64,000 nucleotides of DNA from Caulobacterales bacterium (GTDB lineage: Bacteria > Pseudomonadota > Alphaproteobacteria > Caulobacterales > Caulobacteraceae): contig JBBQLP010000010.1 in assembly GCA_038327995.1 (NCBI GenBank), positions 3,851 through 67,850 on the forward strand. Reading direction: 5' to 3'. Numbering within the stretch: position 1 is the stretch's first letter; each line of letters begins with the position of its first letter. Positions 18,542 through 27,216 of this stretch are shown here, one piece after another. A model generated the notes under the pieces. It worked only from the letters and a program-made list of their open reading frames with translations, searched no databases and had not been told where the DNA came from. A program made the translations under genes and the position numbers.

Positions 18542-18678
18542 CAACCCGCCTCCGCAACCCGGCAAGGCAGGCGCATCGCCGGATGATTTTGCCGGGCGCC
18601 GATCGAGTAGCCTTGATCTAACTCATTGAAAAACATAGCGTAGACATCCGACGCGGGGTTTGCGCTACAAAACGGGGC

Positions 18679-18693
18679 GCAAGTTGCGGGCCA
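18679..18693 (-). promoter_or_regulatory. sigma54 (-24/-12) promoter candidate for flgK-flgL
   Basis: The minus strand reads TGGCCC-GCAAC-TTGC, with exact GG/GC spacing. It lies about 140 nt upstream of the flgK start. Confidence 0.65.
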
Positions 18694-18831
18694 AACCCTC
18701 CCGCAGCCGTTCCGCCCGGCAGGTTTGAACACCTGCATCGGCAAGAAGCTCCCTCCGTCAGGTTGCAACCCAGGTCCAGAAAAGTCTGAAATAGCAATAT
18801 AAAACAACACTCTGACCTGGCGTCTCCCATG

Positions 18832-18847
18832 TGGCGCGAGGGTTGCT
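18832..18847 (+). promoter_or_regulatory. sigma54 (-24/-12) promoter candidate for fliK-flgD-flgE
   Basis: The plus strand reads TGGCGC-GAGGG-TTGCT, with exact GG/GC spacing. It lies about 55 nt upstream of the fliK ATG at 18902. Confidence 0.7.
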
Positions 18848-18901
18848 GACAAGATTGTTCGATCCCGGCCTGCAAAGGTCGTCACCGGACCAACCGCGCC
18901 A

Positions 18902-20680
18902 ATGCAATCCGCCGCCGCCATCTCGCCGCTCTCTCTCGCGGCGTCTGGTCCCGCCCCTCGAGCCGCCACCGGCGGCGTTGCGGGCGCGGCGACGAGTGGA
19001 ACGACGTCTGCCTCAGTGAATGCGTTGGATGAAGCGAGCCAACCCTCGTTCGCCGCCCTCGTCACGGCAAGCGACCCCGCGTCTCCGAAGGCAGCCGTCG
19101 CGCCAGACCCGGCGGCGGCGAGCGCACTGGCAAATGGTGTAACCACCCCGGATGCACCGGACGCGGAAGCGGCCGTCCGCTCCCCGATAGCCGCAGCTTC
19201 TCTAGTGGAGACACCCGCTTCGCCGCCCGTCTCGAAGACCACCCCAACTGCTCGCACGGTAGCCTCTGCGAAGACGAGCGCGCCTGTCAGGGCAGTCGGG
19301 ACACGGCCAGTTCCGCCCCCCGACCTTTCCAGCGCCCCGCCCAGCGATCCCTTGCCGATCGCTCCGCTCTTCTCGTCCTGGCGGGATGCGTCCAAAGCCG
19401 CTGAGGCTCAAAGTGATGCAGACACGCTCTCAATTCAGCCCGCCATCCAGACAGCAGAGATCGCAGCCCCCCTGATCCTGATTGCTGTCTCCACTGCCGC
19501 AGCGCCAGCGGCCTCTGCAATCGCCAACGCTCCTGCACCGCCTCCCGCTTCGGCGACGGCTTCCGAGACGCGGGAATTATTGGGTCATGCCGAAGCGATC
19601 CTGGGCGCTCGCGCGGGAAATGCTGAAACGCCCAAGGGCGGCGCCAAGGAGATTGCTACTGCGGCGATCCCCGATCAGAAAACGGACGCGCCCGCGCAGG
19701 TTGCAGCGTCACAGGCACCGCCGACGCCGGTTCAAACCCCACTACATGCCGCGCCGCCCCCGCCCAGCACTTCCTTCGCTTTGGCCCAAGCGCCGCCGTC
19801 TTCCGCGCCGCCCGCGACCGGCGCCGACAATCCGCGTCCATCTGCCACTAAGAGCCGGGCGAACGTGTCTCCATCGCCTGCGGGGTCTTCGCGAACGGAT
19901 CAATCTTCCGACTCTCTGGCACCGGCCCCGTCTCCATCGGACGGCGCGGCTCCTGCGCCGGTGCTGGAGGCCAGGGCCGTCCGCGCTCTCGCCAGCCACC
20001 TGCCGGATTCAGCTGAAGCGTCGCCCCCTTCGGTGCAAACGACGCAAACACCGCTCGCCGCCTCCGCCGTCCAGGTCGCCGTTCCGCAAGCTTCTGTGGC
20101 GGCGCGGACGACCGGGCCCACCACGCCCGTGCAGGCTACGGTGACGAACCTCTCAACCCAGATTGTGGGTCAGGCGGCCGGGAAGACCAGCCGGTTCGAT
20201 CTGCAACTCGATCCCCTTGGCCTCGGGCGGGTGGATGTGTCGGTGCAGATCGACGCCAGGGGACGGGCCAGCGCCGCGCTATTATTCGAGAAGTCCGATT
20301 CCGCCAATCTGTTGCAGACGCACGTGGACGCTCTGTCCGACGCCTTGACCCAGGCAGGGCTCAGCGTAGCGCCGGGGGCGATCAGCTTCACCCATGCGCG
20401 CACTGACGAGGTCGCCTCGTTCCAGAGCGCGGCGCAAACGACGTCCGCCTCATCCTCACCCGATCAGGCGGCGCAGACGCCCAACCCCTCATTTAGCCTC
20501 GCCGGACAGAACCAGGGGCAGGGGGGCGCAGGGCAGGGCGGACAGGAGCGGCCTGGCCCGCAGCCTTCGTTCGGGGACACGCGCGCCTTCGATGCTGCCG
20601 CCAGCGCCGCCGACATCACCGACCAGCAACTCGCAGCCTACCGGACCCTTCGTCCGCGCGGCGTCGACATCAGGATCTAG
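18902..20680 (+). CDS. fliK: flagellar hook-length control protein FliK
   Basis: The N-terminal two-thirds is Pro/Ala/Ser-rich. The C-terminal Flg_hook domain reads RFDLQLDPLGLGRVDVSVQIDARGRASAALLFEKSDSANLL. Its position before flgD-flgE fits. The exact start is uncertain because there is no obvious SD. Confidence 0.85.
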   Translation: MQSAAAISPLSLAASGPAPRAATGGVAGAATSGTTSASVNALDEASQPSFAALVTASDPASPKAAVAPDPAAASALANGVTTPDAPDAEAAVRSPIAAASLVETPASPPVSKTTPTARTVASAKTSAPVRAVGTRPVPPPDLSSAPPSDPLPIAPLFSSWRDASKAAEAQSDADTLSIQPAIQTAEIAAPLILIAVSTAAAPAASAIANAPAPPPASATASETRELLGHAEAILGARAGNAETPKGGAKEIATAAIPDQKTDAPAQVAASQAPPTPVQTPLHAAPPPPSTSFALAQAPPSSAPPATGADNPRPSATKSRANVSPSPAGSSRTDQSSDSLAPAPSPSDGAAPAPVLEARAVRALASHLPDSAEASPPSVQTTQTPLAASAVQVAVPQASVAARTTGPTTPVQATVTNLSTQIVGQAAGKTSRFDLQLDPLGLGRVDVSVQIDARGRASAALLFEKSDSANLLQTHVDALSDALTQAGLSVAPGAISFTHARTDEVASFQSAAQTTSASSSPDQAAQTPNPSFSLAGQNQGQGGAGQGGQERPGPQPSFGDTRAFDAAASAADITDQQLAAYRTLRPRGVDIRI

Positions 20681-20687
20681 GAACGCC

Positions 20688-21362
20688 ATGACCGCCCCCG
20701 TAACCGGAGCCACCGCACAATCCGCCGCCGCTACTAACCTTGCGGCGGGCCAGTCGAGCCTGAATCAAAGCTATTCGACTTTCCTGACCCTGCTCACCAC
20801 CCAGTTGAAGAATCAGGACCCGACTTCTCCGCTCGACACCAATTCCTTCACCCAGCAGCTCGTCGCCCTGACCGGGGTGCAGCAACAGCTTCTGTCCAAC
20901 CAGCTCTTGCAGACCATCGCCAATTCATCGACGGCGGGCGGAGGCGTTGCGGGCGCGGTGGGTCTGATTGGCAAGACGGCGACGGCGGCGTCCAGCGCCT
21001 CGACGTTATCCGGCGGCAATGCGGACTGGACCTACACCCTGCCCAGCGACGCGGCGGCGGCGACCCTGACCATTTCCGACAGTTCCGGTCGGGCGGTGTG
21101 GAGCGGCGCAGCCTCCGCCCTCACGGCGGGCGATCATCCCTTCACCTGGAACGGCAAGGACGTTTCTGGAGTCCAGCGCCCCGACGGCGGAACCTATTCC
21201 CTTTCCGTCGCAGCGGCGGACAGCACAGGCGCCCAGATCGCTGGAGCCGTCTCCATCACCGGGCCGGTCTCGTCGGTCGCCCAATCGGGCGGTGTCACGA
21301 CAGTCAAGATCGGAGCCACCTCGGTGCCCCTCACGAGCATCACCGGAGTGACGACCCGATGA
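20688..21362 (+). CDS. flgD: flagellar hook capping/scaffold protein FlgD
   Basis: It has the N-terminal FlgD motif YSTFLTLLTTQLKNQDPTSPLD...FTQQLVALTGVQQ and a C-terminal FLgD Ig-like part. The ATG at 20688 follows the fliK stop. The upstream extension to 20394 only overlaps fliK. Confidence 0.9.
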   Translation: MTAPVTGATAQSAAATNLAAGQSSLNQSYSTFLTLLTTQLKNQDPTSPLDTNSFTQQLVALTGVQQQLLSNQLLQTIANSSTAGGGVAGAVGLIGKTATAASSASTLSGGNADWTYTLPSDAAAATLTISDSSGRAVWSGAASALTAGDHPFTWNGKDVSGVQRPDGGTYSLSVAAADSTGAQIAGAVSITGPVSSVAQSGGVTTVKIGATSVPLTSITGVTTR

Positions 21363-21468
21363 AGCGGATATTCCTTCTTTTCACGCGCCCGAACGGCGCG
21401 CTTCGGCCGACGCCTCCGCGCACAAGCGCCAGGGCAGGCGATCTCCCAACCTTTGAGGACTTGAAGCC

Positions 21469-22845
21469 ATGAGCATCAACAGCGCCCTGCTTTCGGGCGT
21501 GTCCGGGCTGGTCGCCAATTCGGCGGCACTCGGCGCGATTTCGGATAACATCGCCAACGCCAACACCGTGGGCTACAAACGCAATGTCACAGATTTTGAA
21601 GATCTGGTCACGGCCTCCGCTGCGGCGGGCAGCTACAACTCCGGCGGCGTGCAAGCGTCCACCCGGGGCCTGATCACCCAGCAGGGCCAGCTTTCACAGA
21701 CCACCTCGGCCACCGACCTCGGCATTTCAGGGTCGGGGTTCTTCGTGACCACCAACAAGGCGACAGGTCAGACAAGCTCCGATCCCGTCAGTTTCACCCG
21801 CGCGGGCGCTTTTACCCCCGACAGCGGTGGTTATCTGAAGAATGCGGCGGGGCTTTATTTGCAAGGCTGGCTTGCCGACAGCACCGGCGCGATCACCACC
21901 AATCCGTCAGACCTCACCAAGCTCGGCACCATCAACGTCTCGTCCATCGGCAACATTCCCAATCCGACGACTAAGGCGAACCTCAACATCAACCTGAATG
22001 CCGCACAGACCGTCTCCCCGCAGGAGGCGACCTACAATTCCGCGGTTAGCGCAACCAGTCTGTCGGCCTACGACCCCGTGGCCGGAACAGGCGTGAAACC
22101 CGACTTCACCACCCAGGTGACGTCGTATGACGCCAAGGGCGGCGCTCATACCTTTCAGCTCGATTTTCTCAAGAGCGCCACGGCCAACGAGTGGCACGTG
22201 GAGGTGCAGGCCGTGCCAGCCGGCGATGTAGCTGGCGCCGCGAACGGTCAGATCGCCGCGGGCGTGGTCGCCTTCAATCCTGACGGAACGCTCAATGGCG
22301 GCGCTACGACCTTGCCCGCCAACCTAGTGATCGGTGCTTCAAGTGCGGGCGCGGGAGTGCGCTGGGCGGCTGGCGAAGGATTGCCCGCCCAGACGGTGGC
22401 CCTCAATCTCGCAACCAGCCCCGCGGCGGTGACGCAATACGACAGCGCCTCGACCACCAATTCCACCTCAGTCGATGGCGGCCCCGCCGGAACCCTGACC
22501 GGGGTGAGCATCGACAAGGCGGGCTTCGTCAACGCCAACTTCTCCAACGGAGCCGCCAAAAGAGTGGCGCAGGTGGCGGTGGCCACCTTCGTCAACCCGG
22601 ACGGCCTGACCGCGATTTCGGGCGACGCCTACCAGGCCTCGATCGGCAGCGGCGCCTACAATCTGAAGACCGGTGGCAGCGGCGGGGCGGGCGAAGTGTC
22701 CGCCTCAACGCTCGAAGCTTCAACCGTTGACCTGTCTTCGGAATTCACTGGCCTGATTATCACCCAGCGGGCCTACGCCGCTTCGTCGAAAATCATCACC
22801 ACTGCGGATCAGATGCTACAGGAGCTTATTAACACCAAGCAGTAA
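21469..22845 (+). CDS. flgE: flagellar hook protein FlgE
   Basis: N-terminus: MSINSALLSGVSGLVANSAALGAISDNIANANTVGYK. C-terminus: DLSSEFTGLIITQRAYAASSKIITTADQMLQELI. Confidence 0.93.
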   Translation: MSINSALLSGVSGLVANSAALGAISDNIANANTVGYKRNVTDFEDLVTASAAAGSYNSGGVQASTRGLITQQGQLSQTTSATDLGISGSGFFVTTNKATGQTSSDPVSFTRAGAFTPDSGGYLKNAAGLYLQGWLADSTGAITTNPSDLTKLGTINVSSIGNIPNPTTKANLNINLNAAQTVSPQEATYNSAVSATSLSAYDPVAGTGVKPDFTTQVTSYDAKGGAHTFQLDFLKSATANEWHVEVQAVPAGDVAGAANGQIAAGVVAFNPDGTLNGGATTLPANLVIGASSAGAGVRWAAGEGLPAQTVALNLATSPAAVTQYDSASTTNSTSVDGGPAGTLTGVSIDKAGFVNANFSNGAAKRVAQVAVATFVNPDGLTAISGDAYQASIGSGAYNLKTGGSGGAGEVSASTLEASTVDLSSEFTGLIITQRAYAASSKIITTADQMLQELINTKQ

Positions 22846-23007
22846 TTCACGAATGAGTAATTCTGATTGCTTGTAATTAGCAAATTAAACTCAAGTGTAT
22901 CAGAACGAGACATTGGTGCTTACGGAATCTTTACTATCGCAATTAAGCCGTTGTTATCGGCAGGGCGTTAGTCTGATCATCAACAGTGATGAGAAGGGCT
23001 TATAGCC

Positions 23008-23289
23008 ATGTTGCAGCAGCAGCGCTTGAACAACAGAGGCGAGAAGTACGTGATCGGACCGACTGGCGTCCCGCTGACGCTTTCTGATCTGCCCCCGGCC
23101 AACACCCAGAGGTGGGTGATCCGGCGCAAGGCCGAGGTGGTGGCCGCCGTTCGCGGTGGGCTGCTGAGCTTCGACGAGGCCTGCGAACGCTACCGACTGA
23201 CGAACGAGGAGTTCGGCGGCTGGCAGAAGTCCATTGACGCACACGGCCTAGCAGGCCTGCGCACCACGCGAATCCAGCAATACCGCTAG
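23008..23289 (+). CDS. sciP: DUF1153-type small HTH protein, SciP-like CtrA inhibitor
   Basis: It is 93 aa, with the motif block RWVIRRKAEVVAAVRGGLLSFDEACERYRLTNEEF..W......HGLAGLRTTRIQQYR. Its position between flgE and fliF matches sciP in C. crescentus. This is recalled from memory and not searched. Confidence 0.8.
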   Translation: MLQQQRLNNRGEKYVIGPTGVPLTLSDLPPANTQRWVIRRKAEVVAAVRGGLLSFDEACERYRLTNEEFGGWQKSIDAHGLAGLRTTRIQQYR

Positions 23290-23310
23290 GGACTTTATCC
23301 TGGCATCGGC

Positions 23311-23349
23311 GGCCGCGCGTCCCCTCGGAAGCGCGGCCGTTGTCGTTTT
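23311..23349 (+). terminator. Rho-independent terminator after sciP
   Basis: The sequence is GGCCGCGC-gtcccctcggaa-GCGCGGCC: a perfect 8-bp GC stem with a 12-nt loop. It is followed by GTTGTCGTTTT. Confidence 0.7.
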
Positions 23350-23409
23350 ACACCCTCTCATGCACGTGGAGGGGAGAGAATGCCGTTCCACCCACCAAGG
23401 CGCTCACCC

Positions 23410-23428
23410 TTAAGCCCGCATTTACCAT
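23410..23428 (+). promoter_or_regulatory. CtrA-box-like element upstream of fliF (class II promoter candidate)
   Basis: The sequence TTAA-gcccgca-TTTACCAT compares with the CtrA consensus TTAA-N7-TTAAC and half-site TTAACCAT, with one mismatch. It lies 67-85 nt upstream of the fliF start. Confidence 0.5.
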
Positions 23429-23494
23429 ACCCTCGGTAAATCTTGCCCAGTTCGACGGGCCGGATGGCGCGCCGGTGGTTGGCGAGGGCGTGGC

Positions 23495-25126
23495 TTGGAG
23501 TCGATACTCAGAACGCTGCAGGGTTTTGGCATCGGGCGGCTGGCGGCGATCCTCGGGGGCGCGGCCGGCGTGGCCGCAGTGCTGGCGGCGCTGGTGCTGC
23601 GCGTCGGCGGCGACTCTAAGTCACTGCTCTATTCCAACCTCGATCTGAAAGAGGCGGGCCAGATCACCTCCAGCCTCGATCAGGCGGGGATCAAATACGA
23701 GATCAAGGGCGACGGATCGACTCTCATGGTCGACCGGGAGAAGGTCAACGCCGCGCGATTGATGCTGTCGGGCAAGGGCCTGCCGACCTCAGGGTCTGTG
23801 GGTTACGAGATTTTCGACAACGCCCCGGCGCTGGGCCAGACGGACTTCGTCCAGAACCTCAACATGAAGCGGGCAACGGAGGGCGAGCTTGCCCGCACCA
23901 TTCGCTCAATCCAGGGGGTGTCGTCGGCGCGGGTGCAGCTCAGCCTACCCAAGCGGCAACTGTTCGAGCAGGATGCAGAAAACCCTTCCGCCTCGGTGAT
24001 GTTGGTGACGGGGGCACGACGCCTAGGTCCCGATCAGGTGCGCACAATCAGGAACCTGGTCGCGGCCGGCGTGCCGGGAATGCGCCCCGAGCGGGTAGCA
24101 GTGGGCGATCAGTCCGGCGATATGCTGGCGGGGCTGGACGACGCCTCGGGGGTATCTGGCGGCGTAGCGCAGAACGACGTTGAGGAGCGCATCAAGAAGC
24201 AGGTCAAGGATATGGTCGAGGCTGTGGTAGGCCCCGGCAAGGCCCGTGTCACCGTCCACGCAGACGTGGACCAGTCGCGGGTGACGACGCAGGAAAAGAC
24301 CTTCGACCCCGACAAACAGGTGGTCCTCTCCACTCGCACCACCTCCAACGACGCCAAGGATTCAAAGCCCGGCGCCTCCGGGGTCGCCTCGGCCAGCGCG
24401 AACCTTCCTGGCGGGGCGGCCGCGCCCGCCTCGCCTGACGCCGCCTCGACCACCAAAGGCACGGACGAACTGACTAACTACGAGAACTCCAGCATCACCA
24501 AGACAACGGTGGACGAGCCCGGCGCGATCAAGAAGCTGTCGGTGTCCGTCGCAGTCGATGGCGTCACCGGACCAAGCGTGAAAGGCAAGCCCGGCGCCTA
24601 TAGCGCCCGCACTGCTGACGAGATGAACAAGCTGAACGAGCTCGTCCGGCTCGGCGTGGGCGCCGACGACAAGCGCGGCGATACGGTCAAGGTGGTGAAT
24701 GTGCGGTTCCAACCCGCGCTGGACCAGGGCGGCGGAACGGCGTCCTCCGGTTTCAGCTTCGGCAAGGACGACATTCTACGCATCGTCGAGCTTGTAATCA
24801 TGGGCGTGGTGGCGGTGCTGCTGATCTTCTTCGTCGCCCGCCCGATGATGAAGGGGGCCGTGGGCGGGGGCGGCGCGATGAGCATGGCTCTGGCCGGACC
24901 CGGCGGCGCGCGGATGGTCTCGGCGGGGGGCGCTGCGGCTATGGCGGGAGACCCGGCGGGCGCGCAGGCGCTTCTGTCAGGCCCGGCCAACGACATGGGC
25001 GGTATCGATATCGCCCGTATCGACGGTCAGGTGGCGACCTCGTCGGTCAAGAAGGTTTCTGACTTCGTGGATCGCCACCCCGATGAGTCGGTGTCGATCA
25101 TTCGCGGCTGGTTGCACGAAGCCTGA
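23495..25126 (+). CDS. fliF: flagellar M-ring protein FliF
   Basis: It has the YscJ/FliF N-terminal region ([35 protein letters not shown]), a C-terminal TM segment ([18 protein letters not shown]) and a FliG-binding tail. The start is a TTG and is uncertain. Confidence 0.92.
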   Translation: MESILRTLQGFGIGRLAAILGGAAGVAAVLAALVLRVGGDSKSLLYSNLDLKEAGQITSSLDQAGIKYEIKGDGSTLMVDREKVNAARLMLSGKGLPTSGSVGYEIFDNAPALGQTDFVQNLNMKRATEGELARTIRSIQGVSSARVQLSLPKRQLFEQDAENPSASVMLVTGARRLGPDQVRTIRNLVAAGVPGMRPERVAVGDQSGDMLAGLDDASGVSGGVAQNDVEERIKKQVKDMVEAVVGPGKARVTVHADVDQSRVTTQEKTFDPDKQVVLSTRTTSNDAKDSKPGASGVASASANLPGGAAAPASPDAASTTKGTDELTNYENSSITKTTVDEPGAIKKLSVSVAVDGVTGPSVKGKPGAYSARTADEMNKLNELVRLGVGADDKRGDTVKVVNVRFQPALDQGGGTASSGFSFGKDDILRIVELVIMGVVAVLLIFFVARPMMKGAVGGGGAMSMALAGPGGARMVSAGGAAAMAGDPAGAQALLSGPANDMGGIDIARIDGQVATSSVKKVSDFVDRHPDESVSIIRGWLHEA

Positions 25127-26160
25127 TGGCCACGCTCATCAAGAAAAAGCCAGCGATCGAGGACCCCAACCGGCTGACGGGGCCGGAGAAGGCTGCCGTG
25201 ATCATGCTCGCCCTCGGCGAGGATCACACCCACATCTGGCAACAGCTTGACGAGGAGGAGATCAAAGAAATCTCCCAGGCTATGTCGAGCCTCGGCACCA
25301 TCGCCTCCAGCGCCGTCGAGCAGATCCTTCTGGAGTTCGTCTCCGGGATGTCTGGAACGGGCGCCATCATGGGCTCGTTCGAGGGCACCCAGCGGCTGCT
25401 CACTGCGATCATGCCGCCCGACAAGGTCGATGCCTTGATGGAGGAAATCCGCGGTCCCGCCGGGCGCACCATGTGGGACAAGCTCGGCAATGTGAACGAG
25501 GCCGTGCTCGCCAACTATCTGAAGAACGAATACCCGCAGACCGTGGCGGTGGTGCTCTCCAAGATCAAGGGCGAGCACGCCGCCCGGGTTCTCTCCGCAT
25601 TGCCAGAAGACTTTGCGCTCGAATGCGTGCAGCGGATGCTGCGCATGGAGCCGGTGCAGCGCGAAATCCTCGACAAGATCGAGCAAACCCTTCGCACCGA
25701 GTTCATGTCCAACCTCGCCCGCACCTCCAAACGCGACAGCCATGAGATGATGGCGGACATCTTCAACAATTTCGACCGTCAGACCGAAGGCCGCTTCATA
25801 GCTGCGCTGGAAGAGCGCAACCGCGAAAGCGCCGAACGTATCCGGGCGCTGATGTTCGTGTTCGAGGATCTTTCGAAACTTGATCCCGGCGGGGTGCAGA
25901 CGCTCCTCCGGGCCGTCGAGAAGTCTCAACTCGGGCTGGCGCTCAAGGGCTCGTCAGACACCCTGCGCGAGATGTTCTTTTCCAATATGTCCGAGCGCGC
26001 TGCCAAGATCATGCGCGAGGACATGGATTCCATGGGTCCCGTCCGCCTGAAGGACGTTGATCAGGCGCAGATGTCGATGGTGCAGATCGCCAAGGACCTC
26101 GCCGCCAAGGGCGAGATCATGCTGGCTGGCTCCGGCGGTGACGACGAGTTGATCTACTGA
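25126..26160 (+). CDS. fliG: flagellar motor switch protein FliG
   Basis: Motifs: [15 protein letters not shown], the MFVFEDL region, and the C-terminal torque helix region MREDM...[13 protein letters not shown]. It overlaps the fliF stop by 1 nt (TGATG). Confidence 0.93.
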   Translation: MATLIKKKPAIEDPNRLTGPEKAAVIMLALGEDHTHIWQQLDEEEIKEISQAMSSLGTIASSAVEQILLEFVSGMSGTGAIMGSFEGTQRLLTAIMPPDKVDALMEEIRGPAGRTMWDKLGNVNEAVLANYLKNEYPQTVAVVLSKIKGEHAARVLSALPEDFALECVQRMLRMEPVQREILDKIEQTLRTEFMSNLARTSKRDSHEMMADIFNNFDRQTEGRFIAALEERNRESAERIRALMFVFEDLSKLDPGGVQTLLRAVEKSQLGLALKGSSDTLREMFFSNMSERAAKIMREDMDSMGPVRLKDVDQAQMSMVQIAKDLAAKGEIMLAGSGGDDELIY

Positions 26161-26846
26161 TGACCCAATCCGCCGCCATTTCGCGTCCCTTCACCTTCGA
26201 CACCGTGTTCGACGGCGATCAGGTGATCGCGCCGGTGCGGCCCAAGCGCTCGTTCGCTCTGGATGAGGTAGAAACTATTCGCACCGAGGCCTTTGCGGCC
26301 GGAGAACGCTCCGCCGTCGCCCGCGCCGAGGAGGAGGCCGCCACCGCGCTGGCCGAGACCACGCTCGCCATTCGTCAGGCGATGGGTGCGCTGACTAGGT
26401 TGGCGCACGAGCACCGCAGCGCCTCCGCCGAACTGGCGCTGACCGCCGCCCGCAAGATCGCCGACGCGGCGCTCGAGCAGTTCCCCGAAGCGCCGGTCGC
26501 CGCCGCCCTGGCCGCCATGGCGCGTGAGATCGAGGCCGTTCCGCGCTTGATGATCCGTAGCGGAGCCGCTGACCCTGCGCGGCTGGAAGCGGCCCTGCAC
26601 AAGGCGGCGGATGCGGCGGGCTACAAAGGACATCTCGTCTTCAAGGCCGAGCCCGGCATGAGCACGGGCGCCTTTGTATTCGACTGGGGCGATGGTCGCG
26701 CGGCCTTCGATCCCACCCTCGCCGCCACCCGTATTCAAACCGCGCTCGAAGCGGCCCTCGCCGCCGAAGGCCTGCACGCCGAAGCCCCGATCCTCGAAAA
26801 CCTTTCCCCTGACATTTCCCCCGACTCTTCTGGAGACGTATCATGA
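26160..26846 (+). CDS. flbE: FliH-like flagellar export/assembly protein (FlbE of Caulobacter)
   Basis: It is an Ala/Glu-rich helical protein of 228 aa, sitting between fliG and fliN and translationally coupled at both ends (TGATG, ATGA). The position equals flbE/fliH in the C. crescentus fliF operon. Confidence 0.7.
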   Translation: MTQSAAISRPFTFDTVFDGDQVIAPVRPKRSFALDEVETIRTEAFAAGERSAVARAEEEAATALAETTLAIRQAMGALTRLAHEHRSASAELALTAARKIADAALEQFPEAPVAAALAAMAREIEAVPRLMIRSGAADPARLEAALHKAADAAGYKGHLVFKAEPGMSTGAFVFDWGDGRAAFDPTLAATRIQTALEAALAAEGLHAEAPILENLSPDISPDSSGDVS

Positions 26847-27181
26847 GCGACGCCCCCCTGCCGCTCGATGAATTCGAGCCCTCGACAGCTATGACAACGG
26901 CTGGCGATGACACCGATGGCAGAACGGCCGCCGAACTGGCCCCGGTGTTCGACGTGCCGGTCAACATCTCCGCCGTGCTGGGTAAGGCGCATATGTCGGT
27001 GGCGCAGCTTCTCAAGCTCGGCGCGGGCAGCGTCTTGGAGCTGGACCGCAAGGTCGGTGAGGCCATCGACATTTATGTGAACAATCGTCTGGTCGCCCGC
27101 GGCGAGGTTGTCGTCATCGACGAGCGCCTGGGCGTGACCATGACCGAAATCATCAAGGACGGGGACAACAACGCGGCCTGA
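26843..27181 (+). CDS. fliN: flagellar motor switch protein FliN
   Basis: SpoA/FliN domain: VNISAVLGKAHMSVAQLLKLGAGSVLELDRKVGEAIDIYVNNRLVARGEVVVIDERLGVTMTEI. Confidence 0.92.
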   Translation: MSDAPLPLDEFEPSTAMTTAGDDTDGRTAAELAPVFDVPVNISAVLGKAHMSVAQLLKLGAGSVLELDRKVGEAIDIYVNNRLVARGEVVVIDERLGVTMTEIIKDGDNNAA

Positions 27182-27216
27182 TCGCCGTCCTTGTTGAGAC
27201 TTTAAGGAGATTGACT

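Noticed and set aside
20394-20687. An N-terminal 98-codon extension of the flgD ORF.
   Set aside because: The extension lies entirely inside the fliK 3' region in another frame and translates to Arg/Pro-rich sequence. The conserved FlgD N-terminus begins at the ATG at 20688.
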